Both the position numbers and the translations under genes were made by a program. Source: Eledone cirrhosa (taxonomy: Eukaryota). From it: 64,000 nt of DNA. Within the stretch, counting starts at the first letter, position 1. Every line of letters starts with the position of its first letter. Where the stretch lies: the NCBI GenBank assembly GCA_964016885.1, contig OZ024744.1:53072001-53136000 (forward strand), read 5' to 3'. The notes under the pieces were generated by a model. It was not told the origin of the DNA. It saw nothing but the letters and a program-made list of their open reading frames with translations, and ran no database searches. This document shows positions 15,001 through 29,482 of this stretch, piece after piece.

Positions 15001-18000
15001 AGCACCTCTCTCTCAGTCTAGTGACAAGTGTAAGACATGTGACCAGTAAACATATCAACTACAAGACTACACCAGCCCCTCTCTCTCAGTCTAGTGACAA
15101 GTGTAAGACATGTGATCAGTAAACACATCAACTACAAGACTACACCAGCACCTCTCTCTCAGTCTAGTGACAAGTGTAAGACATGTGACCAGTAAACATA
15201 TCAACTACAAGACTACACCAGCACCTCTCTCTCAGTCTAGTGACAAGTGTAAGACATGTGACCAGTAAACATATCAACTACAAGACTACACCAGCACCTC
15301 TCTCTCAGTCTAGTGACAAGTGTAAGACATGTGACCAGTAAACATATCAACTACAAGACTTCACCAGCACCTCTCTCTCAGTCTAGTGACAAGTGTAAGA
15401 CATGTGACCAGTAAACATATCAACTACAAGACTACACCAGCACCACTCTCTCAGTCTAGTGACAAGTGTAACTCATGTGACCAGTAATTACATCAACTAC
15501 AAGACTACACCAGCCCCTCTCTCTCAGTCTAGTGACAAGTGTAAGACAGGTGACCAGTAATTACATCAACTACAAGACTACACCAGCACCTCTCTCTTAG
15601 TCTAGTGACAAGTGTAAGGCATGTGACAAGTAAACACATCAACTAGAAGACTACACCAGCCCCTCTCTCTCAGTCTAGTGACAAGTGTAAGACTTGTGAC
15701 CAGTAAACACATCAACTACAAGACTACACCAGCACCTCTCTCTCAGTCTAGTGACAAGTGTAAGACATGTGACCAGTAAACATATCAACTACAAGACTAC
15801 ACCAGCCCCTCTCTCTAAGTCTAGTGACAAGTGTAAGACATGTGACCAGTAAACATATCAACTACAAGACTACACCAGCACCACTCTCTCAGTCTAGTGA
15901 CAAGTGCAAGACATGTGACCAGTAAACATATCAACTACAAGACTACACCAGCACCACTCTCTCAGTCTAGTGACAAGTGTAAGACATGTGACTAGTAAAC
16001 ATATCAACTACAAGACTACACCAGCACCTCTCTCTCAGTTTAGTGACAAGTGTAAGACATGTGACCAGTAAACATATCAACTACAAGACTACACCAGCAC
16101 CTCTCTCTCAGTCTAGTGACAAGTGTAAGACATGTGACCAGTAAACATATCAACTACAAGACTACACCAGCACCTCTCTCTCAGTCTAGTGACAAGTGTA
16201 AGCCATGTGACCAGTAAACACATCAACTACAAGACTACACCAACACCTCTCTCTCAGTCTAGTGCCAAGTGTAAGACATGTGACCAGTAAACATATCAAC
16301 TACAAGACTACACCAGCACCTCTCTCTCAGTCTAGTGACAAGTGTAAGCCATGTGACCAGTAAACACATCAACTACAAGACTACACCAACACCTCTCTCT
16401 CAGTCTAGTGCCAAGTGTAAGACATGTGACCAGTAAACATATCAACTACAAGACTACACCAGCACCTCTCTCTCAGTCTAGTGACAAGTGTAAGACATGT
16501 GACCAGTAAACATATCAACTACAAGACTACACCAGCACCTCTCTCTCAGTCTAGTGACAAGTGTAAGACATGTGACCAGTAAACATATCAACTACAAGAC
16601 TACACCAGCACCACTCTCTCAGTCTAGTGACAAGTGTAAGACATGTGACCAGTAAACATATCAACTACAAGACTACACCAGCACCTCTCTCTCAGTCTAG
16701 TGACAAGTGTAAGACATGTGACAAGTAAACACATCAACTACAAGACTTCACCAGCACCTCTCTCTCAGTCTAGTGACAAGTGTAAGACATGTGACCAGTA
16801 AACATATCAACTACAAGACTACACCAGCACCACTCTCTCAGTCTAGTGACAAGTGTAACTCATGTGACCAGTAATTACATCAACTACAAGACTACACCAG
16901 CCCCTCTCTCTCAGTCTAGTGACAAGTGTAAGACAGGTGACCAGTAATTACATCAACTACAAGACTACACCAGCACCTCTCTCTTAGTCTAGTGACAAGT
17001 GTAAGGCATGTGACAAGTAAACACATCAACTAGAAGACTACACCAGCCCCTCTCTCTCAGTCTAGTGACAAGTGTAAGACTTGTGACCAGTAAACACATC
17101 AACTACAAGACTACACCAGCACCTCTCTCTCAGTCTAGTGACAAGTGTAAGACATGTGACCAGTAAACATATCAACTACAAGACTACACCAGCCCCTCTC
17201 TCTAAGTCTAGTGACAAGTGTAAGACATGTGACCAGTAAACATATCAACTACAAGACTACACCAGCACCACTCTCTCAGTCTAGTGACAAGTGCAAGACA
17301 TGTGACCAGTAAACATATCAACTACAAGACTACACCAGCACCACTCTCTCAGTCTAGTGACAAGTGTAAGACATGTGACTAGTAAACATATCAACTACAA
17401 GACTACACCAGCACCTCTCTCTCAGTTTAGTGACAAGTGTAAGACATGTGACCAGTAAACATATCAACTACAAGACTACACCAGCACCTCTCTCTCAGTC
17501 TAGTGACAAGTGTAAGACATGTGACCAGTAAACATATCAACTACAAGACTACACCAGCACCTCTCTCTCAGTCTAGTGACAAGTGTAAGCCATGTGACCA
17601 GTAAACACATCAACTACAAGACTACACCAACACCTCTCTCTCAGTCTAGTGCCAAGTGTAAGACATGTGACCAGTAATCATATCAACTACAAGACTACAC
17701 CAGCACCTCTCTCTCAGTCTAGTGACAAGTGTAAGTCATGTGACCAATAAACATATCAACTACAAGACTACACCAGCACCTCTCTCTCAGTCTAGTGACA
17801 AGTGTAAGACATGTGACCAGTAAACATATCAACTACAAGACTACACCAGCACCTCTCTCTCAGTCTAGTGACAAGTGTAAGCCATGTGACCAGTAAACAC
17901 ATCAACTACAAGACTACACCAGCACCTCTCTCTCAGTCTAGTGCCAAGTGTAAGACATGTGACCAGTAATCATATCAACTACAAGACTACACCAGCACCT

Positions 18001-21000
18001 CTCTCTCAGTCTAGTGACAAGTGTAAGTCATGTGACCAATAAACATATCAACTACAAGACTACACCAGCATCTCTCTCTCAGTCTAGTGACAAGTGTAAG
18101 ACATGTGACCAGTAAACATATCAACTACAAGACTACACCAGCACCACTCCCTCAGTCTAGTGACAAGTGTAAGACATGTGACCAGTAATCATATCAACTA
18201 CAAGACTACACCAGCACCTCTCTCTCAGTCTAGTGACAAGTGTAAGACATGTGATCAGTAAACACATCAACTACAAGACTACACCAGCACCTCTCTCTCA
18301 GTCTAGTGACAAGTGTAAGACATGTGACCAGTAAACATATCAACTACAAGACTACACCAGCACCTCTCTCTCAGTCTAGTGACAAGTGTAAGACATGTGA
18401 CCAGTAAACATATCAACTACAAGACTACACCAGCACCTCTCTCTCAGTCTAGTGACAAGTGTAAGACATGTGACCAGTAAACACATCAACTACAAGACTA
18501 CACCAGCACCTCTCTCTCAGTCTAGTGACAAGTGTAAGACATGTGACCAGTAAACATATCAACTACAAGACTACACCAGCACCTCTCTCTCAGTCTAGTG
18601 ACAAGTGTAAGACATGTGTCCAGTAAACATATCAACTACATGACTACACCAGCACCTCTCTCTCAGTCTAGTGACAAGTGTAAGACATGTGACCAGTAAA
18701 CATATCAACTACAAGACTACACCAGCACCTCTCTCTCAGTCTAGTGACAAGTGTAAGACATGTGACCAGTAAACATATCAACTACATGACTACACCAGCA
18801 CCTCTCTCTCAGTCTAGTGACAAGTGTAAGACATGTGACCAGTAAACATATCAACTACAAGACTTCACCAGCACCTCTCTCTCAGTCTAGTGACAAGTGT
18901 AAGACATGTGACCAGTAAACATATCAACTACAAGACTACACCAGCACCACTCTCTCAGTCTAGTGACAAGTGTAACTCATGTGACCAGTAATTACATCAA
19001 CTACAAGACTACACCAGCCCCTCTCTCTCAGTCTAGTGACAAGTGTAAGACAGGTGACCAATAATTACATCAACTACAAGACTACACCAGCACCTCTCTC
19101 TTAGTCTAGTGACAAGTGTAAGGCATGTGACAAGTAAACACATCAACTAGAAGACTACACCAGCAGCACTCTCTCAGTCTAGTGACAAGTGTAAGACATG
19201 TGACCAGTAAACATATCAACTACAAGACTACACCAGCACCACTCTCTCAGTCTAGTGACAAGTGTAAGACATGTGACCAGTAAACGTATCAACTACAAGA
19301 CTACACCAGCACCACTCTCTCAGTCTAGTGACAAGTGTAAGCCATGTGATCAGTAAACATATCAACTACAAGACTACACCAGCACCTATCTCTCAGTCTA
19401 GTGACAAGTGTAAGACATGTGACCAGTAAACATATCAACTACAAGACTACACCAGCACCTCTCTCTCAGTCTAGTGACAAGTGTAAGTCATGTGACCAGT
19501 AAACATATCAACTACAAGACTACACCAGCACCTCTCTCTCAGTCTAGTGACAAGTGTAAGACATGTGACCAGTAAACATATCAACTACAAGACTACACCA
19601 GCACCCCTCTCTCAGTCTAGTGACAAGTGTAAGCCATGTGACCAGTAAACACATCAACTACAAGACTACACCAGCACCTCTCTCTCAGTCTAGTGCCAAG
19701 TGTAAGACATGTGACCAGTAATCATATCAACTACAAGACTACACCAGCACCTCTCTCTCAGTCTAGTGACAAGTGTAAGTCATGTGACCAATAAACATAT
19801 CAACTACAAGACTACACCAGCACCTCTCTCTCAGTCTAGTGACAAGTGTAAGACATGTGACCAGTAAACATATCAACTAGAAGACTACACCAGCACCTCT
19901 CTCTCAGTCTAGTGACAAGTGTAAGCCATGTGACCAGTAAACACATCAACTACAAGACTACACCAGCACCTCTCTCTCAGTCTAGTGCCCAGTGTAAGAC
20001 ATGTGACCAGTAATCATATCAACTACAAGACTACACCAGCACCTCTCTCTCAGTCTAGTGACAAGTGTAAGACATGTGACCAGTAAACATATCAACTACA
20101 AGACTACACCAGCCCCTCTCTCTCAGTCTAGTGACAAGTTTAAGACATGTGACCAGTAAACACATCAACTACAAGACTACACCAGCACCTCTCTGTCAGT
20201 CTAGTGACAAGTGTAAGACATGTGACCAGTAAACATATCAACTACAAGACTACACCAGCCCCTCTCTCTAAGTCTAGTGACAAGTGTAAGACATGTGACC
20301 AGTAAACATATCAACTACAAGACTACACCAGCACCACTCTCTCAATCTAGTGACAAGTGTAAGACATGTGACCAGTAATCATATCAACTACAAGACTACA
20401 CCAGCACCTCTCTCTCAGTCTAGTGACAAGTGTAAGCCATGTGACCAGTAAACACATCAACTACAAGACTACACCAGCACCTCTCTCTCAGTCTAGTGAC
20501 AAGTGTAAGTCATGTGATCAGTAAACATATCAACTACAAGACTACACCAGCACCTCTCTCTCAGTCTAGTGACAAGTGTAAGACATGTGACCAGTAAACA
20601 TATCAACTACAAGACTACACCAGCACCACTCTCTCAGTCTAGTGACAAGTGTAAGACATGTGACCAGTAATCATATCAACTACAAGACTACACCAGCACC
20701 TCTCTCTCAGTCTAGTGACAAGTGTAAGACATGTGACCAGTAAACACATCAACTACAAGACTACACCATCACCTCTCTCTCAGTCTAGTGACAAGTGTAA
20801 GACATGTGACCAGTAAACATATCAACTACAAGACTACACCAGCACCTCTCTCTCAGTCTAGTGACAAGTGTAAGACATGTGACCAGTAAAAATATCAACT
20901 ACAAGACTACACCAGCACCTCTCTCTCAGTCTAGTGACAAGTGTAAGACATGTGACCAGTAAACATATCAACTACAAGACTACACCAGCCCCTCTCTCTC

Positions 21001-24000
21001 AGTCTAGTGACAAGTGTAAGACATGTGATCAGTAAACACATCAACTACAAGACTACACCAGCACCTCTCTCTCAGTCTAGTGACAAGTGTAAGACATGTG
21101 ACCAGTAAACATATCAACTACAAGACTACACCAGCACCTCTCTCTCAGTCTAGTGACAAGTGTAAGACATGTGACCAGTAAACATATCAACTACAAGACT
21201 ACACCAGCACCTCTCTCTCAGTCTAGTGACAAGTGTAAGACATGTGACCAGTAAACATATCAACTACAAGACTTCACCAGCACCTCTCTCTCAGTCTAGT
21301 GACAAGTGTAAGACATGTGACCAGTAAACATATCAACTACAAGACTACACCAGCACCACTCTCTCAGTCTAGTGACAAGTGTAACTCATGTGACCAGTAA
21401 TTACATCAACTACAAGACTACACCAGCCCCTCTCTCTCAGTCTAGTGACAAGTGTAAGACAGGTGACCAGTAATTACATCAACTACAAGACTACACCAGC
21501 ACCTCTCTCTTAGTCTAGTGACAAGTGTAAGGCATGTGACAAGTAAACACATCAACTAGAAGACTACACCAGCCCCTCTCTCTCAGTCTAGTGACAAGTG
21601 TAAGACTTGTGACCAGTAAACACATCAACTACAAGACTACACCAGCACCTCTCTCTCAGTCTAGTGACAAGTGTAAGACATGTGACCAGTAAACATATCA
21701 ACTACAAGACTACACCAGCCCCTCTCTCTAAGTCTAGTGACAAGTGTAAGACATGTGACCAGTAAACATATCAACTACAAGACTACACCAGCACCACTCT
21801 CTCAGTCTAGTGACAAGTGCAAGACATGTGACCAGTAAACATATCAACTACAAGACTACACCAGCACCACTCTCTCAGTCTAGTGACAAGTGTAAGACAT
21901 GTGACTAGTAAACATATCAACTACAAGACTACACCAGCACCTCTCTCTCAGTTTAGTGACAAGTGTAAGACATGTGACCAGTAAACATATCAACTACAAG
22001 ACTACACCAGCACCTCTCTCTCAGTCTAGTGACAAGTGTAAGACATGTGACCAGTAAACATATCAACTACAAGACTACACCAGCACCTCTCTCTCAGTCT
22101 AGTGACAAGTGTAAGCCATGTGACCAGTAAACACATCAACTACAAGACTACACCAACACCTCTCTCTCAGTCTAGTGCCAAGTGTAAGACATGTGACCAG
22201 TAATCATATCAACTACAAGACTACACCAGCACCTCTCTCTCAGTCTAGTGACAAGTGTAAGTCATGTGACCAATAAACATATCAACTACAAGACTACACC
22301 AGCACCTCTCTCTCAGTCTAGTGACAAGTGTAAGACATGTGACCAGTAAACATATCAACTACAAGACTACACCAGCACCTCTCTCTCAGTCTAGTGACAA
22401 GTGTAAGCCATGTGACCAGTAAACACATCAACTACAAGACTACACCAGCACCTCTCTCTCAGTCTAGTGCCAAGTGTAAGACATGTGACCAGTAATCATA
22501 TCAACTACAAGACTACACCAGCACCTCTCTCTCAGTCTAGTGACAAGTGTAAGTCATGTGACCAATAAACATATCAACTACAAGACTACACCAGCATCTC
22601 TCTCTCAGTCTAGTGACAAGTGTAAGACATGTGACCAGTAAACATATCAACTACAAGACTACACCAGCACCACTCTCTCAGTCTAGTGACAAGTGTAAGA
22701 CATGTGACCAGTAAACATATCAACTACAAGACTACACCATCACCTCTCTCTAAGTCTAGTGACAAGTGTAAGACATGTGACCAGTAAACATATCAACTAC
22801 AAGACTACACCAGCACCTCTCTCTCAGTCTAGTGACAAGTGTAAGACATGTGACCCGTAAACATATCAACTACAAGACTACACCAGCACCTCTCTCTCAG
22901 TCTAGTGACAAGTGTAAGACATGTGACCAGTAAACATATCAACTACAAGACTACACCAGCACCACTCTCTCAGTCTAGTGACAAGTGTAAGCCATGTGAC
23001 CAGTAAACACATCAACTACAAGACTACACCAGCACCTCTCTCTCAGTCTAGTGACAAGTGTAAGACATGTGACCAGTAAACATATCAACTACAAGACTAC
23101 ACCAGCACCACTCTCTCAGTCTAGTGACAAGTGTAAGACATGTGACTAGTAAACATATCAACTACAAGACTACACCAGCACCTCTCTCTCAGTCTAGTGA
23201 CAAGTGTAAGACATGTGACCAGTAAACATATCAACTACAAGACTACACCAGCACCTCTCTCTCAGTCTAGTGACAAGTGTAAGACATGTGACCAGTAAAC
23301 ATATCAACTACAAGACTACACCAGCACCTCTCTCTCAGTCTAGTGACAAGTGTAAGCCATGTGACCAGTAAACACATCAACTACAAGACTACACCAGCTC
23401 CTCTCTCTCAGTCTAGTGCCAAGTGTAAGACATGTGACCAGTAATCATATCAACTACAAGACTACACCAGCACCTCTCTCTCAGTCTAGTGACAAGTGTA
23501 AGTCATGTGACCAATAAACATATCAACTACAAGACTACACCAGCACCTCTCTCTCAGTCTAGTGACAAGTGTAAGACATGTGACCAGTAAACATATCAAC
23601 TACAAGACTACACCAGCCCCTCTCTCTCAGTCTAGTGACAAGTGTAAGACATGTGACCAGTAAACATATCAACTACAAGACTACACCAGCACCTCTCTCT
23701 CAGTCTAGTGACAAGTGTAAGACATGTGACCAGTAAACATATCAACTACAAGACTACACCAGCACCACTCTCTCAGTCTAGTGACAAGTGTAACTCATGT
23801 GACCAGTAATTACATCAACTACAAGACTACACCAGCCCCTCTTTCTCAGTCTAGTGACAAGTGTAAGACATGTGACCAGTAAACATATCAACTACAAGAC
23901 TACACCAGCACCTCTCTCTCAGTCTAGTGACAAGTGTAAGACAGGTGACCAGTAATTACATCAACTACAAGACTACACCAGCACCTCTCTCTTAGTCTAG

Positions 24001-27000
24001 TGACAAGTGTAAGGCATGTGACAAGTAAACACATCAACTAGAAGACTACACCAGCAGCACTCTCTCAGTCTAGTGACAAGTGTAAGACATGTGACCAGTA
24101 AACATATCAACTACAAGACTACACCAGCACCACTCTCTCAGTCTAGTGACAAGTGTAAGACATGTGACCAGTAAACATATCAACTACAAGACTACACCAG
24201 CACCACTCTCTCAGTCTAGTGACAAGTGTAAGCCATGTGATCAGTAAACATATCAACTACAAGACTACACCAGCACCTCTCTCTCAGTCTAGTGACAAGT
24301 GTAAGACATGTGACCAGTAAACACATCAACTACAAGACTACACCAGCACCTCTCTCTCAGTCTAGTGACAAGTGTAAGACATGTGACCAGTAAACACATC
24401 AACTACAAGACTACACCAGCACCTCTCTCTCAGTCTAGTGACAAGTGTAAGACATGTGACCAGTAAACACATCAACTACAAGACTACACCAGCACCTCTC
24501 TCTCAGTCTAGTGACAAGTGTAAGACATGTGACCAGTAAACATATCAACTACAAGACTACACCAGCACCTCTCTCTCAGTCTAGTGACAAGTGTAAGACA
24601 TGTGACCAGTAAACACATCAACTACAAGACTACACCAGCACCTCTCTCTCAGTCTAGTGACAAGTGTAACTCATGTGACCAGTAAACATATCAACTACAA
24701 GACTACACCAGCACCTCTCTCTCAGTCTAGTGACAAGTGTAAGCCATGTGACCAGTAAACACATCAACTACAAGACTACACCAGCACCTCTCTCTCAGTT
24801 TAGTGACAAGTGTAAGTCATGTGACCAGTAAACATATCAACTACAAGACTACACCAGCACCTCTCTCTCAGTCTAGTGACAAGTGTAAGACATGTGACCA
24901 GTAAACATATCAACTACAAGACTACACCAGCACCACTCTCTCAGTCTAGTGACAAGTGTAAGCCATGTGACCAGTAAACACATCAACTACAAGACTACAC
25001 CAGCACCTCTCTCTCAGTCTAGTGACAAGTGTAAGACATGTGACCAGTAAACATATCAACTACAAGACTACACCAGCCCCTCTCTCTCAGTCTAGTGACA
25101 AGTGTAAGACATGTGACCAGTAAACATATCAACTACAAGACTACACCAGCACCTCTCTCTCAGTCTAGTGACAAGTGTAAGACATGTGACCAGTAAACAC
25201 ATCAACTACAAGACTACACCAGCACCTCTCTCTCAGTCTAGTGACAAGTGTAAGACATGTGACCAGTAAACACATCAACTACAAGACTACACCAGCCCCT
25301 CTCTCTCAGTCTAGTGACAAGTGTAAGACTTGTGACCAGTAAACACATCAACTACAAGACTACACCAGCACCTCTCTCTCAGTCTACTGACAAGTGTAAG
25401 ACATGTGACCAGTAAACATATCAACTACAAGACTACACCAGCCCCTCTCTCTAAGTCTAGTGACAAGTGTAAGACATGTGACCAGTAAACATATCAACTA
25501 CAAGACTACACCAGCACCACTCTCTCAGTCTAGTGACAAGTGCAAGACATGTGACCAGTAAACATATCAACTACAAGACTACACCAGCACCACTCTCTCA
25601 GTCTAGTGACAAGTGTAAGACATGTGACTAGTAAACATATCAACTACAAGACTACACCAGCACCTCTCTCTCAGTTTAGTGACAAGTGTAAGACATGTGA
25701 CCAGTAAACATATCAACTACAAGACTACACCAGCACCTCTCTCTCAGTCTAGTGACAAGTGTAAGACATGTGACCAGTAAACATATCAACTACAAGACTA
25801 CACCAGCACCTCTCTCTCAGTCTAGTGACAAGTGTAAGCCATGTGACCAGTAAACACATCAACTACAAGACTACACCAACACCTCTCTCTCAGTCTAGTG
25901 CCAAGTGTAAGACATGTGACCAGTAATCATATCAACTACAAGACTACACCAGCACCTCTCTCTCAGTCTAGTGACAAGTGTAAGTCATGTGACCAATAAA
26001 CATATCAACTACAAGACTACACCAGCACCTCTCTCTCAGTCTAGTGACAAGTGTAAGACATGTGACCAGTAAACATATCAACTACAAGACTACACCAGCA
26101 CCTCTCTCTCAGTCTAGTGACAAGTGTAAGCCATGTGACCAGTAAACACATCAACTACAAGACTACACCAGCACCTCTCTCTCAGTCTAGTGCCAAGTGT
26201 AAGACATGTGACCAGTAATCATATCAACTACAAGACTACACCAGCACCTCTCTCTCAGTCTAGTGACAAGTGTAAGTCATGTGACCAATAAACATATCAA
26301 CTACAAGACTACACCAGCATCTCTCTCTCAGTCTAGTGACAAGTGTAAGACATGTGACCAGTAAACATATCAACTACAAGACTACACCAGCACCACTCTC
26401 TCAGTCTAGTGACAAGTGTAAGACATGTGACCAGTAAACATATCAACTACAAGACTACACCATCACCTCTCTCTAAGTCTAGTGACAAGTGTAAGACATG
26501 TGACCAGTAAACATATCAACTACAAGACTACACCAGCACCTCTCTCTCAGTCTAGTGACAAGTGTAAGACATGTGACCAGTAAACATATCAACTACAAGA
26601 CTACACCAGCACCTCTCTCTCAGTCTAGTGACAAGTGTAAGACATGTGACCCGTAAACATATCAACTACAAGACTACACCAGCACCTCTCTCTCAGTCTA
26701 GTGACAAGTGTAAGACATGTGACCAGTAAACATATCAACTACAAGACTACACCAGCACCACTCTCTCAGTCTAGTGACAAGTGTAAGCCATGTGACCAGT
26801 AAACACATCAACTACAAGACTACACCAGCACCTCTCTCTCAGTCTAGTGACAAGTGTAAGACATGTGACCAGTAAACATATCAACTACAAGACTACACCA
26901 GCCCCTCTCTCTCAGTCTAGTGACAAGTGTAAGACATGTGACCAGTAAACACATCAACTACAAGACTACACCAGCCCCTCTCTCTCAGTCTAGTGACAAG

Positions 27001-29482
27001 TGTAAGACATGTGACCAGTAAACATATCAACTACAAGACTACACCAGCACCTCTCTCTCAGTCTAGTGACAAGTGTAAGACATGTGACCAGTAAACATAT
27101 CAACTACAAGACTACACCAGCACCACTCTCTCAGTCTAGTGACAAGTGTAACTCATGTGACCAGTAATTACATCAACTACAAGACTACACCAGCCCCTCT
27201 CTCTCAGTCTAGTAACAAGTGTAAGACATGTGACCAGTAAACATATCAACTACAAGACTACACCAGCACCTCTCTCTCAGTCTAGTGACAAGTGTAAGAC
27301 AGGTGACCAGTAATTACATCAACTACAAGACTACACCAGCACCTCTCTCTTAGTCTAGTGACAAGTGTAAGGCATGTGACAAGTAAACACATCAACTAGA
27401 AGACTACACCAGCAGCACTCTCTCAGTCTAGTGACAAGTGTAAGACATGTGACCAGTAAACATATCAACTACAAGACTACACCAGCACCACTCTCTCAGT
27501 CTAGTGACAAGTGTAAGACATGTGACCAGTAAACATATCAACTACAAGACTACACCAGCACCACTCTCTCAGTCTAGTGACAAGTGTAAGCCATGTGACC
27601 AGTAAACATATCAACTACAAGACTACACCAGCACCTCTCTCTCAGTCTAGTGACAAGTGTAAGCCATGTGACCAGTAAACATATCAACTACAAGACTACA
27701 CCAGCACCACTCTCTCAGTTTAGTGACAAGTGTAAGACATGTGACCAGTAAACATCTCAACTACAAGACTACACCAGCACCTCTCTCTCAGTCTAGTGAC
27801 AAGTGTAAGACATGTGATCAGTAAACATATCAACTACAAGACTACACCAGCACCTCTCTCTCAGTCTAGTGACAAGTGTAAGACATGTGACCAGTAAACA
27901 CATCAACTACAAGACTACACCAGCACCTCTCTCTCAGTCTAGTGACAAGTGTAAGACATGTGACCAGTAAACACATCAACTACAAGACTACACCAGCACC
28001 TCTCTCTCAGTCTAGTGACAAGTGTAACTCATGTGACCAGTAAACATATCAACTACAAGACTACACCAGCACCTCTCTCTCAGTCTAGTGACAAGTGTAA
28101 GACATGTGACCAGTAAACATATCAACTACAAGACTACACCAGCACCACTCTCTCAGTCTAGTGACAAGTGTAAGACATGTGACCAGTAAACATATCAACT
28201 ACAAGACTACACCATCACCTCTCTCTAAGTCTAGTGACAAGTGTAAGACATGTGACCAGTAAACATATCAACTACAAGACTACACCAGCACCTCTCTCTC
28301 AGTCTAGTGACAAGTGTAAGACATGTGACCAGTAAACATATCAACTACAAGACTACACCAGCACCTCTCTCTCAGTCTAGTGACAAGTGTAAGACATGTG
28401 ACCAGTAAACATATCAACTACAAGACTACACCAGCACCACTCTCTCAGTCTAGTGACAAGTGTAAGCCATGTGACCAGTAAACACATCAACTACAAGACT
28501 ACACCAGCACCTCTCTCTCAGTCTAGTGACAAGTGTAAGACATGTGACCAGTAAACATATCAACTACAAGACTACACCAGCCCCTCTCTCTCAGTCTAGT
28601 GACAAGTGTAAGACATGTGACCAGTAAACACATCAACTACAAGACTACACCAGCACCTCTCTCTCAGTCTAGCGACAAGTGTAAGACATGTGACCAGTAA
28701 ACATATCAACTACAAGACTACACCAGCCCCTCTCTCTAAGTCTAGTGACAAGTGTAAGACATGTGACCAGTAAACATATCAATTACAAGACTACACCAGC
28801 ACCACTCTCTCAGTCTAGTGACAAGTGCAAGACATGTGACCAGTAAACATATCAACTACAAGACTACACCAGCACCACTCTCTCAGTCTAGTGACAAGTG
28901 TAAGACATGTGACCAGTAAACATATCAACTACAAGACTACACCAGCACCTCTCTCTCAATTTAGTGACAAGTGTAAGACATGTGACCAGTAAACATATCA
29001 ACTACAAGACTACACCAGCACCTCTCTCTCAGTCTAGTGCCAAGTGTAAGACATGTGACCAGTAATCATATCAACTACAAGACTACACCAGCACCTCTCT
29101 CTCAGTCTTGTGACAAGTGTAAGTCATGTGACCAGTAAACATGTCAACTACAAGACTACACCAGCCCCTCTCTCTCAGTCTAGTGACAAGTGTAAGACAT
29201 GTGACCAGTAAACATATCAACTACAAGACTACACCAGCACCTCTCTCTCAGTCTAGTGACAAGTGTAAGACATGTGACCAGTAAACATATCAACTACAAG
29301 ACTACACCAGCACCTCTCTCTCAGTCTAGTGACAAGTGTAAGTCATGTGACCAATAAACATATCAACTACAAGACTACACCAGCACCTCTCTCTCAGTCT
29401 AGTGACAAGTGTAAGACATGTGACCACTAATCATATCAACTACAAGACTACACCAGCACCTCTCTCTCAGTCTAGTGACAAG
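1..29482. repeat. 73-bp satellite DNA array, about 404 monomers, consensus GACCAGTAAACATATCAACTACAAGACTACACCAGCACCTCTCTCTCAGTCTAGTGACAAGTGTAAGACATGT; open at the left edge
   Basis: Monomer starts at 1, 74 and 4381 (=1+60x73), then at 16501, 20881, 25261 and 29422 (all n x 73 + 3, after a +2 CT insertion near 6179). The last monomer is truncated at ...CTAGTGACAAG (29482). No ORFs are listed inside the array. Confidence 0.99.

Noticed and set aside
1-29482. CRISPR array (period similar to repeat plus spacer)
   Set aside because: There are no unique spacers, the whole 73 bp is repeated, no cas genes are present, and the context is eukaryotic.
1-29482. Tandem tRNA genes, hammerhead satellite or repetitive protein
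   Set aside because: No A/B boxes or cloverleaf; the minus strand has CTGAGAG but no CTGANGA or GAAA core; frequent stops and a period not divisible by 3 leave no ORF.
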